Assembly: GCA_964425325.1 (NCBI GenBank)
Contig: CAYRLX010000005.1
Coordinates: forward strand, 1-60,454
DNA from: an uncultured Muribaculaceae bacterium
GTDB lineage: Bacteria > Bacillota_I > Bacilli_A > RF39 > UBA660
DNA: 60,454 nucleotides
Direction: 5' to 3'
Shown here one piece after another: positions 47,074 through 56,859 of this stretch. The notes under the pieces were generated by a model that was not told the origin of the DNA, did not search any database, and saw only the letters and a list, made by a program, of their open reading frames with translations. The first letter of the stretch is position 1; every line of letters starts with the position of its first letter. A program made the translations under genes and the position numbers.

Positions 47074-47448
47074 TTACCCTTCTTCTACTCTAAGTATTAA
47101 TCTATCCTCATCGCCTTCGATTACTTTAAGTTCACCATTTTCATAAATTGAAAAAGAACTAGGAATCTCTTCAATTGTTACCATCTCACCATTTATAAAT
47201 AAATTATACTGAAGTTTTTTATCATTAGAACAAGAAGAATCCGTACAATCGACTATATTAATTGATAAAAGTTTAATACTAGTGTGATCACTATTAGTAA
47301 TCCTAACCACTTGATTTTTTTCAATACTAAAGTCTTCACTTAAATTAACAGACTTGTTTCTATTAAAGTATTTAACAGAAACATAAATAGCAAAAATAAT
47401 TGAAAACAAAATAACAAAACAAATCATACCCTTTTTTTTCATAAACAC
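47074..47448 (-). CDS. small membrane-anchored hypothetical protein
   Basis: 124 aa with an N-terminal TM helix. No motif recognised. Confidence 0.5.
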   Translation of the reverse strand: MFMKKKGMICFVILFSIIFAIYVSVKYFNRNKSVNLSEDFSIEKNQVVRITNSDHTSIKLLSINIVDCTDSSCSNDKKLQYNLFINGEMVTIEEIPSSFSIYENGELKVIEGDEDRLILRVEEG

Positions 47449-47453
47449 ACTCC

Positions 47454-47903
47454 TTACTTATGATAACTTTCATTATTATTAATTTTATAAGCTCTATATA
47501 TTTGTTCCAATAAAATTACTCTAAACATCTGATGAGGAAAAGTCATTTTAGAAAACGAAAGCAAATAATTACTCCTTTTTTTAACCAAACTAGATAGGCC
47601 ATAAGAACCACCAATTACAAAAGTCAGTTTAGAATAATTATTAAAAACACTATCTATTTTTTTAGCAAACTCAATAGAAGAAATACTTTCACCAGAAATA
47701 TCCAAAGCAATAACATATTCGTCAGGTTTAATCTTAGATAAAATTTTCTCACCTTCAACTTTTAAAGCCTTCTCAGCATTAGCTTCATCAGCAACCTGTA
47801 CAATATCAATCTTGGTATATTTTGAAAGCCTTTTCAAATATTCAGAAATAGCCAGAGATAAAAACTTCTCCTTAATTTTACCAACGCATACTATCTTTAT
47901 CAT
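47454..47903 (-). CDS. rlmH: 23S rRNA (pseudouridine1915-N3)-methyltransferase RlmH
   Basis: 149 aa SPOUT protein; MIKIVCVGKIKEKF; FVIGGSYGL. Confidence 0.9.
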   Translation of the reverse strand: MIKIVCVGKIKEKFLSLAISEYLKRLSKYTKIDIVQVADEANAEKALKVEGEKILSKIKPDEYVIALDISGESISSIEFAKKIDSVFNNYSKLTFVIGGSYGLSSLVKKRSNYLLSFSKMTFPHQMFRVILLEQIYRAYKINNNESYHK

Positions 47904-48652
47904 ACCTCTATAAGCTCAGTCCTCTCTTTTTGTTTAGCAATTTCAATGTCAGGTATATTTTTACCAGCTAAAGCATCAAGTAAAGAATTTAAAGCAAGCT
48001 CAGGTGTATTGTTTTCTTCACTAAGGTGGATTAATACAATTTTTTTAGTATCATCAGTAACAAATTTAGATAAATAATAAGAACTATCCTTATTAGATAA
48101 ATGCCCTTTATCACTAAGAATTCTTTGCTGGAGATGATAAGGATACTTTCCTTCCCTAAGCATTCTAACATCGTGATTACTTTCAAAAATATACAAATTT
48201 TTACCCTTTAATTTACTAAAATTTCTAACATTAATATAACCAGTATCAGTTATATGAACTATACTTCTTCCTCCACTTGTAAATACATATCCATGAGACT
48301 CAAGCACATCATGAGAAGTTTTAATAGGAAGTACATCTAAATCCTCTATTACAATTTCCCTATTGATATAGAAATAGTCAAATAAATCCATATCTAACTC
48401 ATAATGCATTTTCTCAGTTAAATATACTTTAGGATGATGCTTTTTCAAAAACACCCGGAGTCCTGCCACATGGTCCACATGAGTATGCGTTAAAAATATA
48501 AAATCTATATCATCAGGATCAACTCCAATGGACCGAAGAGACCTTTCTATGTAAGAGCAGCTAGGACCTGCATCAACTAAAAATTTAAGTCTAGAAGTTT
48601 CAATATATGTGCAATTACCTTTACTGCCACTTGCTAAAACACATGCTCTCAT
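47900..48652 (-). CDS. MBL-fold metallo-hydrolase (YycJ/WalJ-like)
   Basis: HTHVDH motif; 250 aa; conserved position upstream of rlmH. Confidence 0.85.
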   Translation of the reverse strand: MRACVLASGSKGNCTYIETSRLKFLVDAGPSCSYIERSLRSIGVDPDDIDFIFLTHTHVDHVAGLRVFLKKHHPKVYLTEKMHYELDMDLFDYFYINREIVIEDLDVLPIKTSHDVLESHGYVFTSGGRSIVHITDTGYINVRNFSKLKGKNLYIFESNHDVRMLREGKYPYHLQQRILSDKGHLSNKDSSYYLSKFVTDDTKKIVLIHLSEENNTPELALNSLLDALAGKNIPDIEIAKQKERTELIEV

Positions 48653-50106
48653 TACCTATAACCACCAGGATAAAGTATAGCTGGATTAATGTGGTTATAT
48701 TTTTGACCTTTCCAAATTTCATAATGAACATGAGGTCCAGTACATGAACCAGTACATCCTACATAACCTATTACGTCCCCTCTTGCAACTACCTGCCCAA
48801 CCTTAGCTGCAATCTTAGACATATGTCCATATACAGACATATAACCATTATTATGATCTATCACGACAAAATTACCATAACTATAATGATATTCAGCAAT
48901 GATAACTCGTCCATTGTTAGTCGCATATATCCTAGAACCATAACCTGTTCCTGCTATATCAAGACCAGTATGAAGCTCACGAGAACCCCACATAGAACGA
49001 TAACCATAATTACTACTTAAAGTCCATCCACTATCAGTAGGCCATCCCCAGTTAGTTAAACTTCCAACATCTGGAATATATTTGTTACCCTTAACAATTA
49101 CCTTATTTATTGGATCTTTCAAAACAGACTTATTCTGTAAATCAACATACACTATTGTATTGTTTACTTTCTTAACTTTCTGAGAAACCCTATCAAGTCC
49201 ATTTACTCCCTCTCTTTCGACTTTCTCATCACCTATAACTAAATTATCATCATATTTTTCATCAGTCTTAAACTGACTTTCAATATCCTTAACAACATAA
49301 GATTCTTCAACAATACTAATTTGAGGATTAGTCTCAGAAATTTTAAGTTTTTGTCCAGGATATAAAAGATTATTTTTACCAGTTAAATCAGAATTAGAAA
49401 GAAGAACTTCCTCAGGACTAATTTTATTATTAAAAGCAACGTTTTCAATAGTGTCTCCAGCCTTCACCTCATAAATAGATTCTTTACTATTTTCACCATA
49501 TAGTAAAAACTGAGCCAAATCACTAGAATTTGTATATATTTTTTCAGTTACAGGTATTAAAGCCTCTTTAAAAGTGATATCCTCATCGACATACACATTT
49601 TGAATATTCTCACCAGTAGATTCAATTTTTACTTGCTTATCAGTAATATAAGCTTTATATTTATCCTCACCAACAAAAGTATCAATTAAAGTATTAACCG
49701 CATTTTTAAATGTTTTTTTATTTAAAACATTTATCTTTTGAATATGTATTTTATCATTTGAATCTTTCTTTTTAATACTAAAAACATATCCCTTTAAAGT
49801 AAAATCAGACTTTTTACTAATTTTTTTATAAATAGATGAAATGGAATCAATTGAAGAGTCATAAGTATTTATTCTTTTAATATGAATACCTCTAGGTGCA
49901 TATATTTTATTGACACCAAATTTCTTTTTATAATAATCTCCATTTTTATCTATATATTCTTCTAGTTTTTCCTTAGATTTAATCGTTCCAAGTAATTCAT
50001 CATCTAAATAAACCCTATAATAATTATTAGGTAAAGAAGTACTTTTAAATCCAAAAGAGAATATTAAACAAAATAATAGTAATATTTTAAACCCCTTTTT
50101 CATCAC
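48652..50106 (-). CDS. M23-family peptidoglycan endopeptidase with LysM and G5-like domains
   Basis: HTGLDIAG and GPHVHYEI M23 motifs; LysM YEVKAGDTIENVA..PGQKLKI; signal peptide. Confidence 0.88.
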   Translation of the reverse strand: MMKKGFKILLLFCLIFSFGFKSTSLPNNYYRVYLDDELLGTIKSKEKLEEYIDKNGDYYKKKFGVNKIYAPRGIHIKRINTYDSSIDSISSIYKKISKKSDFTLKGYVFSIKKKDSNDKIHIQKINVLNKKTFKNAVNTLIDTFVGEDKYKAYITDKQVKIESTGENIQNVYVDEDITFKEALIPVTEKIYTNSSDLAQFLLYGENSKESIYEVKAGDTIENVAFNNKISPEEVLLSNSDLTGKNNLLYPGQKLKISETNPQISIVEESYVVKDIESQFKTDEKYDDNLVIGDEKVEREGVNGLDRVSQKVKKVNNTIVYVDLQNKSVLKDPINKVIVKGNKYIPDVGSLTNWGWPTDSGWTLSSNYGYRSMWGSRELHTGLDIAGTGYGSRIYATNNGRVIIAEYHYSYGNFVVIDHNNGYMSVYGHMSKIAAKVGQVVARGDVIGYVGCTGSCTGPHVHYEIWKGQKYNHINPAILYPGGYR

Positions 50107-51449
50107 ATCACCTGCGAACTTTCTTCCATATTAAAAATTGAACTTGTATTTCTTTTAAATATTAAATTAACTGTTGCCGTAGGACCATTACGATGTTTAG
50201 CAATTATAAATTCAAGTTTACTAGTATCCTCGTCTATGGCTGACTCTTTATTATAATAATCATCTCTATAAAGAAAAGCAACAATATCCGCATCCTGCTC
50301 TATAGATCCAGACTCCCTTAAATCAGAAAGAAGTGGTCTTTTATCTTCACGTCCTTCAACACTACGAGAAAGTTGAGCAAGAGCAATAACAGGAACCTTA
50401 AGCTCCATAGCCATAGTCTTAAGAGATCTTGATATTTCAGAAACCTCTTGCTGTCTTTGACCAGCATACTTAGCTGATCCACTAATAAGCTGCAAATAAT
50501 CGATAATCACACAATCTAGCCCATCAGGAGAATTAGAAAGCCTTCTGCACTTAGCTCTCATTTCACTAACGGTAATACCTGGAGTATCATCAATAAAAAT
50601 CTTAGTATCAGCAAGTCTACTAATAGCTTCATTAACTCTCTTCCAATCTTGATGTTGTAAATTACCAGTTCTAAGCCTATTACCTTCTATTTGTCCAACA
50701 GAAGAGAGCATCCTAGAAATAAGTTGCTCAGCACCCATTTCCATATTAAATAAAGCAACACTCTTTTTATGAGTCAAAGCCATATTAACAGCCATACATA
50801 ATGCAAAAACTGTTTTACCCATTGCTGGACGAGCTGCTAAAATAATAAGTTCATTTTCATGAAAACCGGAAGTTAACTTATCTATATCAGAGTATCCACT
50901 TGGAACACCCGTAATCTCACCCTTCATAGAAGATAACTTTTCTAAATCAGATTGAGCCTTAAATAAAACATCCTGTATAGTCTTAAACTCAGAACCTCTT
51001 CTATTTCTAATTACATCAAATATCTTCTTCTCAGCATCATCCAATATTTCACCAATATCATCAGTAGAAGAAAAACCAGCATTAGCAATTTCAGTACCAG
51101 CTTCTATTAAATTTCTTCTTAAAAACTTCTCCTCTACTATTTTTACATACTCATCAGCATTAGCAGCCGTCGGAACAGAATTTATTATTTGAGTTAAATA
51201 CTCTACCCCGCCTACTTGGTTTAAAAGTTTCTTTCTCTCAAGTTCAGCTGTAACAGTAGTAATATCTATTGGAGATTTATTATCAGATAAATTTTTAATA
51301 ACCTCAAATATCTTCTTGTGAGAATCTAGATAAAACATATCTTTATTAATAGTTTCAATAATTCTTTGAAGAGCTTTTTCACTCAAAAACATTGAACCTA
51401 AAATTGATTGCTCAGCATCTATCTTTTGTGGCATAGATCTTTCATTCAC
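50103..51449 (-). CDS. dnaB: replicative DNA helicase
   Basis: 448 aa; Walker A ARPAMGKT; QLSR..; synteny after rplI. Confidence 0.95.
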   Translation of the reverse strand: MNERSMPQKIDAEQSILGSMFLSEKALQRIIETINKDMFYLDSHKKIFEVIKNLSDNKSPIDITTVTAELERKKLLNQVGGVEYLTQIINSVPTAANADEYVKIVEEKFLRRNLIEAGTEIANAGFSSTDDIGEILDDAEKKIFDVIRNRRGSEFKTIQDVLFKAQSDLEKLSSMKGEITGVPSGYSDIDKLTSGFHENELIILAARPAMGKTVFALCMAVNMALTHKKSVALFNMEMGAEQLISRMLSSVGQIEGNRLRTGNLQHQDWKRVNEAISRLADTKIFIDDTPGITVSEMRAKCRRLSNSPDGLDCVIIDYLQLISGSAKYAGQRQQEVSEISRSLKTMAMELKVPVIALAQLSRSVEGREDKRPLLSDLRESGSIEQDADIVAFLYRDDYYNKESAIDEDTSKLEFIIAKHRNGPTATVNLIFKRNTSSIFNMEESSQVM

Positions 51450-51460
51450 TTTTAAATCAC

Positions 51461-51898
51461 CTACTTTTGAAGTTCTACTTTTAAAGTTGCTTCAACCTTT
51501 TTATGTAACATAATACTAACATTAGTTACACCTAAATTATTTATAGGAACATCTATTTTAATTTTTTTCTTATCAATATCAATTCCATTTTTTAAAAGTT
51601 CTGATGAGATTTGTTTAGTACTAATTTGTCCAAACACTTTCCCATCTTTACCAGTTTTTACCTTAAATTTAAGAGTCATCTTAGATAATTTTTTCTTAAT
51701 ATCTTCACACTCTTTTATAATTAAATTTTCTTTTTCTTGAGCAGCATCAGTTTGCTTTTTTAAAACTTTACTGCTACCTTTAGTTTCTAAAACTGCTTTT
51801 TTATTATTAATAAGATACATACCGTATCCATCTTTTACATTTATTATATCATCTTTTTTTCCTTGTTTTTTAACATCTTCAAGTAATATTACACGCAA
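51461..51898 (-). CDS. rplI: 50S ribosomal protein L9
   Basis: MRVILLEDVKKQGKK. Confidence 0.95.
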   Translation of the reverse strand: MRVILLEDVKKQGKKDDIINVKDGYGMYLINNKKAVLETKGSSKVLKKQTDAAQEKENLIIKECEDIKKKLSKMTLKFKVKTGKDGKVFGQISTKQISSELLKNGIDIDKKKIKIDVPINNLGVTNVSIMLHKKVEATLKVELQK

Positions 51899-51900
51899 GT

Positions 51901-52869
51901 TTATCCCTCCCTTAAATATTTTTTTAAATGAGAAATAACATCTTCCACACTTTCAGATTCAACCTTAGCTGCAGCTGCTGAAAAGTGGCCTCCTCCTCCA
52001 AATTCTCTCATAATTTTACTGACGTCCACTTCACCATTACTTCTAGCACTAATCAAAACTAAAGAAGGACAGGCCATTCCAATAGCAAAAGCCATTTTAA
52101 CACCCTCAAATTTAAGAATTTTATTAGCAATCATAGCTAAATCAATAGATGTAGAAAATCTGTCATCTACCTCACATAAATAAATATCTTTATCTAGTTT
52201 AACACATTTTTCAATATAACTATATAAATTTAATATGTCTTCCATAGAATTTTTTAAAAAATATTGCCATTTAATACTTTCTGCTCCTCCTTTAATTAAA
52301 AAAGAAGCAATTTCAAAAGTTCTAGGAGTAACCTTTAAAGTAAATGAGTTAGTATCAACATATAATCCTGCAAACATAACAGTATAATAATATTTTTCTA
52401 AAGAAATATCCAAATATTGCAAATACTCACATACTATTTCAATAGTACTAGACATACTATCATTCAAATAAGATAAAGAACTCTTAATTAAATTCAGACC
52501 CTTAGAATGATGATCGATAACTACTTTATCTTTGATTTTAAGTAAATCTTCACTTTCTACCAAATTCTTCTCTTCAGTATCAAAAATAATTAGTAAATCA
52601 TTATCTCCATCTATAGTCTTTTCATATTTAAAAGGAACAATTATATTATTTTCTTCTAAATAATTAATAGCTTTTATTAAAGACTTATTAATTAATTTTT
52701 TAGGAGCAACTATATAACACTCCTTTCCTAATTTTTTAATAATCTCTGAAAACGCTATTGCGCTGCCCATACCATCTAAATCAGGAATGCTATGAGTCAT
52801 TAAAATAATTCTCTCATGACTATTTATTTCATCAGTTAATTTTTTGAAAAACTCTTTCACAAAAACCAC
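51901..52869 (-). CDS. DHH/DHHA1 phosphoesterase (stand-alone GdpP-like catalytic module)
   Basis: HSIPDLDGMGS, IDHHS and GGGGHFSAAA motifs. 322 aa with no TM/PAS/GGDEF N-terminal part. Confidence 0.8.
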   Translation of the reverse strand: MVFVKEFFKKLTDEINSHERIILMTHSIPDLDGMGSAIAFSEIIKKLGKECYIVAPKKLINKSLIKAINYLEENNIIVPFKYEKTIDGDNDLLIIFDTEEKNLVESEDLLKIKDKVVIDHHSKGLNLIKSSLSYLNDSMSSTIEIVCEYLQYLDISLEKYYYTVMFAGLYVDTNSFTLKVTPRTFEIASFLIKGGAESIKWQYFLKNSMEDILNLYSYIEKCVKLDKDIYLCEVDDRFSTSIDLAMIANKILKFEGVKMAFAIGMACPSLVLISARSNGEVDVSKIMREFGGGGHFSAAAAKVESESVEDVISHLKKYLREG

Positions 52870-52939
52870 CTTCTATACCATTATACTATATTTTAGAGAT
52901 AAAGTCCTATTTAAAAAGAAAAAAAGTAGAACCTCTACT

Positions 52940-53587
52940 TTAATTTAATTTTAATTTTAAATTACTACATTTAATAATATATATAATACTTATAATAAAA
53001 CTTAATATACCACCAATTGATAACATCATAGATGCTACAGCAACAACATCTTTAACATCTCTAACATAAGAAGAATTTACAGAACCTACCAAAGCATCAT
53101 TGTCAAAGCTTGATGACTCATAAAATAATGAATATATATCTTTCCCATTAACATCTTTAGCTTTTACCCAAAGAAAATAATTGTCGCTAAACTTTGGAAT
53201 AGAATATATACTACCACTACCACTTATTTTATTAAAATTATTAAAACTTGGAACACTAGATAAAATATTATTTTTTTCTAAACTATAATCATTTAAACAT
53301 TTTTCTTCTGAATTTTTTTCTATACAACTAGCTAAATTATCATAAGCGTTATTATTCTTATTTTCAAAAGAATCAATCTCGGCAGAACTAGCATCTATAA
53401 ATTCATAATAAATTTCAGAGTTATAACTTCTAAGCTCATCACTTATTTTAATTTTTATATTATTATCATCGTAATATAATACATTAATATCATCAGATAA
53501 CTCGATAGTTTCAGAATTAAAAGCTAAAACTTTACCACAAGTAAAAAATAAAATTGAAATTAAAAAAAAGCTAAATATTTTCTTCAT
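52940..53587 (-). CDS. hypothetical exported protein with C-terminal TM anchor
   Basis: 215 aa with a signal peptide and a C-terminal hydrophobic helix followed by KCSNLKLKLN. Confidence 0.5.
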   Translation of the reverse strand: MKKIFSFFLISILFFTCGKVLAFNSETIELSDDINVLYYDDNNIKIKISDELRSYNSEIYYEFIDASSAEIDSFENKNNNAYDNLASCIEKNSEEKCLNDYSLEKNNILSSVPSFNNFNKISGSGSIYSIPKFSDNYFLWVKAKDVNGKDIYSLFYESSSFDNDALVGSVNSSYVRDVKDVVAVASMMLSIGGILSFIISIIYIIKCSNLKLKLN

Positions 53588-53767
53588 AATCCCTACTCCT
53601 ACTCTAAAAATATATTAGCACATTTAAAAAATACAAAAAATAGATTCAAAAGAATAATAAAAAATTTTACACTTTATGTGTAAAATATAAAATATTAATT
53701 ATTTAGTAATAATATTACCTAAACAAATTATAAAACAATAATACAATTCACATATAATCTAAATAAG

Positions 53768-54679
53768 TTATTTTTTATCCCGCAATTTACTCGCAAATAA
53801 TTTTATCTTATTAAGTCTATGATAAAGTCCTGATTTAGTAATTTTATTACCTGTTTCTATACTCATTATCTCACTGAGTTCTAAAATAGTCGCATCAGGA
53901 TACTTTATTCTGAAAGATGCAGCTTCTGCTTCTTTTTCGCCAAGTAATTCTAAACCACATTCATTTTTTATAAATTCAATATCCTTAATCAAATTATTCG
54001 CAGTTTCTATTGCTCTATCTATATTAGCTTGTTCGCAATTATTAAGTCTATTTGTCATATTTTTATGATCTCTATAAATTCTTATATCCTCAAAATATAA
54101 TACTGCTTTAACCGCACCAATTAATCTAAGAAAATCCCCTATTTTCTCAGCTTCTTTAATATATACCATATATTTATTATCTCTGTGTAAAACCTTACTA
54201 TTTAAATTAAATTTATTAAGAAGTTTTTGAACAAATAAAGAATATTCCTTATTCCTTAAATTAAATTCTAAATGATATCTTGATTTCTTAGGATCATTCA
54301 CACTACCACAAACTAAAAATAATCCTCTTAAGTAAGCTCTTATTAAATCCTCATCATCATATATAAAATCATCAGGTATATTTGAATTAATACCTAAAGA
54401 CTTTAAAATATAAGAAACATTTCTTTTAACTTCAATAGAATATAATACTTTTTTGTTATAATTATATCCCTTTCTAATAGAAATGGCAGGACTTATATTA
54501 TATAAATCTTTAAATAAAGAATATACCCTTCTAGCTACACTATTATTCTCTGTAATTATTTTTATTACTCCATTAAAATCATAAAAAGCCCCAACTATAG
54601 AAGAAAGCTCAGAAACTTTATCAGCTTCCATAAATTCAAGTTTACTGACTTCATCCTTAACAACAAAAGTAAATGACAT
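53768..54679 (-). CDS. whiA: DNA-binding sporulation/cell-division regulator WhiA
   Basis: MSFTFVVKDE..; LAGLIDADG-like core; C-terminal HTH. Follows yvcK. Confidence 0.9.
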   Translation of the reverse strand: MSFTFVVKDEVSKLEFMEADKVSELSSIVGAFYDFNGVIKIITENNSVARRVYSLFKDLYNISPAISIRKGYNYNKKVLYSIEVKRNVSYILKSLGINSNIPDDFIYDDEDLIRAYLRGLFLVCGSVNDPKKSRYHLEFNLRNKEYSLFVQKLLNKFNLNSKVLHRDNKYMVYIKEAEKIGDFLRLIGAVKAVLYFEDIRIYRDHKNMTNRLNNCEQANIDRAIETANNLIKDIEFIKNECGLELLGEKEAEAASFRIKYPDATILELSEIMSIETGNKITKSGLYHRLNKIKLFASKLRDKK

Positions 54680-54683
54680 ATTA

Positions 54684-55628
54684 TCACCCAAAATCTAATA
54701 AATATGAAATAATATCAATTGCCACTTTTAAAGTATTATGACGAATTGAACCATTCTCTATTAAAATATAATCATTATCAATGATACGTACATTTTTAAT
54801 ATTTCCCCTATCCAAACCAACTAAATCTTTTTGCTCAGTAGTTTCATATTTTTTTACAATATTATAATCCACATTACCATTATTGACTATAACAGCATCT
54901 ATTTTTCTATTACCTAAATAACTGTTTATCAAATTTATATGATCAGAAACAGAAAAATTATCCGTCTCCCCAGGCTGAGTCATAATATTACAAACATAGA
55001 TTATTTTAGCACAAGATTTATCTATTGCATCTATAACATCTGGACAAATCAAATTAGGAAGAATACTAGTAAATAAACTACCCATACTTAAAATAATCGC
55101 ATCAGCTTCATTAATAGATTTAATTACATCTTTGTTTACTTTAGGATCAGAAGTATAAAATACATCTTTTATTTTTCCATCATACTCTGTAATATTATGC
55201 TCGCCATATATAGTACTACCATCATCCATCGTTCCAGCTAACGTAACATTATCTTCAGTAAGAGGTATAACTTTACCTTTTAAATTAAGCAAACTATTAA
55301 GCATTTCAATAGCAGAAGACATATTACCAGTGATTTCATTTGCCCCAGTAAGAAGTAAATTTCCAAGAGCATGACCATCTAAATCACTAGAAGTATTAAA
55401 TCTATAGTTAAAAAGCTTATCTATTTTTTCTTCATCAGAAGATAAACTAACCAAAACCTTTCTTATATCTCCAACAGCAGGAGTATTGAACTCCTCCCTA
55501 AGCCTTCCAGTACTACTACCATCATCACAAACAGATACAATAGCCGATATTTCAAAAGGAAGTTTTTTTAACCCACGAAGAAGAGTACTAAGTCCAGTTC
55601 CACCACCTAATACAGCAAGTTTAGTCAT
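54684..55628 (-). CDS. yvcK: YvcK/CofD-family gluconeogenesis/morphogenesis factor
   Basis: MTKLAVLGGGTGLSTLLRGLK from the ATG at 55628. Confidence 0.9.
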   Translation of the reverse strand: MTKLAVLGGGTGLSTLLRGLKKLPFEISAIVSVCDDGSSTGRLREEFNTPAVGDIRKVLVSLSSDEEKIDKLFNYRFNTSSDLDGHALGNLLLTGANEITGNMSSAIEMLNSLLNLKGKVIPLTEDNVTLAGTMDDGSTIYGEHNITEYDGKIKDVFYTSDPKVNKDVIKSINEADAIILSMGSLFTSILPNLICPDVIDAIDKSCAKIIYVCNIMTQPGETDNFSVSDHINLINSYLGNRKIDAVIVNNGNVDYNIVKKYETTEQKDLVGLDRGNIKNVRIIDNDYILIENGSIRHNTLKVAIDIISYLLDFG

Positions 55629-56409
55629 ATTTTTCCTCCTTATAAATATTACTTTTTTTAAAACAATATATAAATATAATAATTCCAATAATAATCATAA
55701 ATATAGAAACAAGTTGAGCTATTTTAATATTAAAAAACATCAAACTATCAGTTCTTAGTGACTCTACAAAAAATCTTTCAATCCCATACCAAACAAAATA
55801 AAAACCAGTTAAATACCCAACTTTAATATTTCTTTTATCTTTAAACAAATACATTATAATAAAACCAAGTAAACACCATAAAGATTCATATAAAAAAGTA
55901 GGAATATAATAATTTCCATCAATATTCATTCCCTTTATTATAAACTCAGGTAAATATAAACTTTTTAAATAAGATAAAGTAGTAATAGGACCATGAGCCT
56001 CACCATTAAAAAAATTACCCCATCTACCAATAGCTTGACCGATTATTAAACCAATAACAATAAAATCTAAAATTAATAGTAAATTATAATTCTTTTTTTT
56101 ACAAAAATATAAAACAGTAATAAATCCAGCTATTATTCCACCATGAATTGCAAGTCCACCTTCCCAAACTTTAAAGATACTTAAAGGAGAAGTTAAATAA
56201 TAATCCAAATTAAACAAACAATAATAAATCCTAGCGCCAATTATTCCAAATAAAATAGCATAAAACATCATATTACCTATTTCTTCCCCATCAAATCCAT
56301 GATTTTTACTTTCATGAACAATCAAATTATATCCAAGTAAAACCGCAATCATTAGACATATAGAATACATATGAATTGAAATAAAACCAAGATTAATTAC
56401 TGAATTCAT
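55621..56409 (-). CDS. lgt: prolipoprotein diacylglyceryl transferase
   Basis: 262 aa; GGLAIHGG; GRWGNFFNGE. Confidence 0.92.
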   Translation of the reverse strand: MNSVINLGFISIHMYSICLMIAVLLGYNLIVHESKNHGFDGEEIGNMMFYAILFGIIGARIYYCLFNLDYYLTSPLSIFKVWEGGLAIHGGIIAGFITVLYFCKKKNYNLLLILDFIVIGLIIGQAIGRWGNFFNGEAHGPITTLSYLKSLYLPEFIIKGMNIDGNYYIPTFLYESLWCLLGFIIMYLFKDKRNIKVGYLTGFYFVWYGIERFFVESLRTDSLMFFNIKIAQLVSIFMIIIGIIIFIYCFKKSNIYKEEKYD

Positions 56410-56801
56410 TTACTATCCTTCTTTCTATTAACTCTTTTCATAATAACATCATCAAATATTACATTTAATATTGAAATTAAAATAGACGCAAGTACAGCAA
56501 ACCAAATACCATATATTTTAAAATGACCACCAAGTAACAAACTAACAAGTTTTAAAATACCTAAATTAATAAAAGGATAAAAAAGACCTAAAGTAATTCC
56601 AGTTATAGGAATAGTAAGCCAGACCAAAAAAGGTTTAACAGTCTTATTTAAAATATAAATTAAAAGTGCCGCTATAAAACACCACATGCCATAATACGAA
56701 TCATCCAAATATATAGTATTTTTAAATAAATAAGAAACTATCATTAAAATAATTGTATAACCTACTATTTGAAAAAAAATATTTTTAATTTTATTAATCA
56801 T
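56406..56801 (-). CDS. YvlD-like membrane protein (phage holin family IV, PF04020-like)
   Basis: 131 aa, 4 TM; KPFLVWLTIPITGITLGLF block typical of the family. Confidence 0.65.
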   Translation of the reverse strand: MINKIKNIFFQIVGYTIILMIVSYLFKNTIYLDDSYYGMWCFIAALLIYILNKTVKPFLVWLTIPITGITLGLFYPFINLGILKLVSLLLGGHFKIYGIWFAVLASILISILNVIFDDVIMKRVNRKKDSK

Positions 56802-56833
56802 AATCTCACCTATTAAAAATTATAACACATATT

Positions 56834-56859
56834 GAAAAAAATAGACTATATAATCTATT
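56834..56859 (-). terminator. possible terminator at the uvrB stop
   Basis: On the minus strand, AATAGA-ttatatag-TCTATT is followed by T5-7. The stem is weak. Confidence 0.4.

Noticed and set aside
56406-56801. Holin-family protein considered as evidence of a prophage
   Set aside because: No lysin, capsid, tail or integrase genes lie nearby. YvlD-type PF04020 proteins are common chromosomal membrane proteins in Firmicutes.
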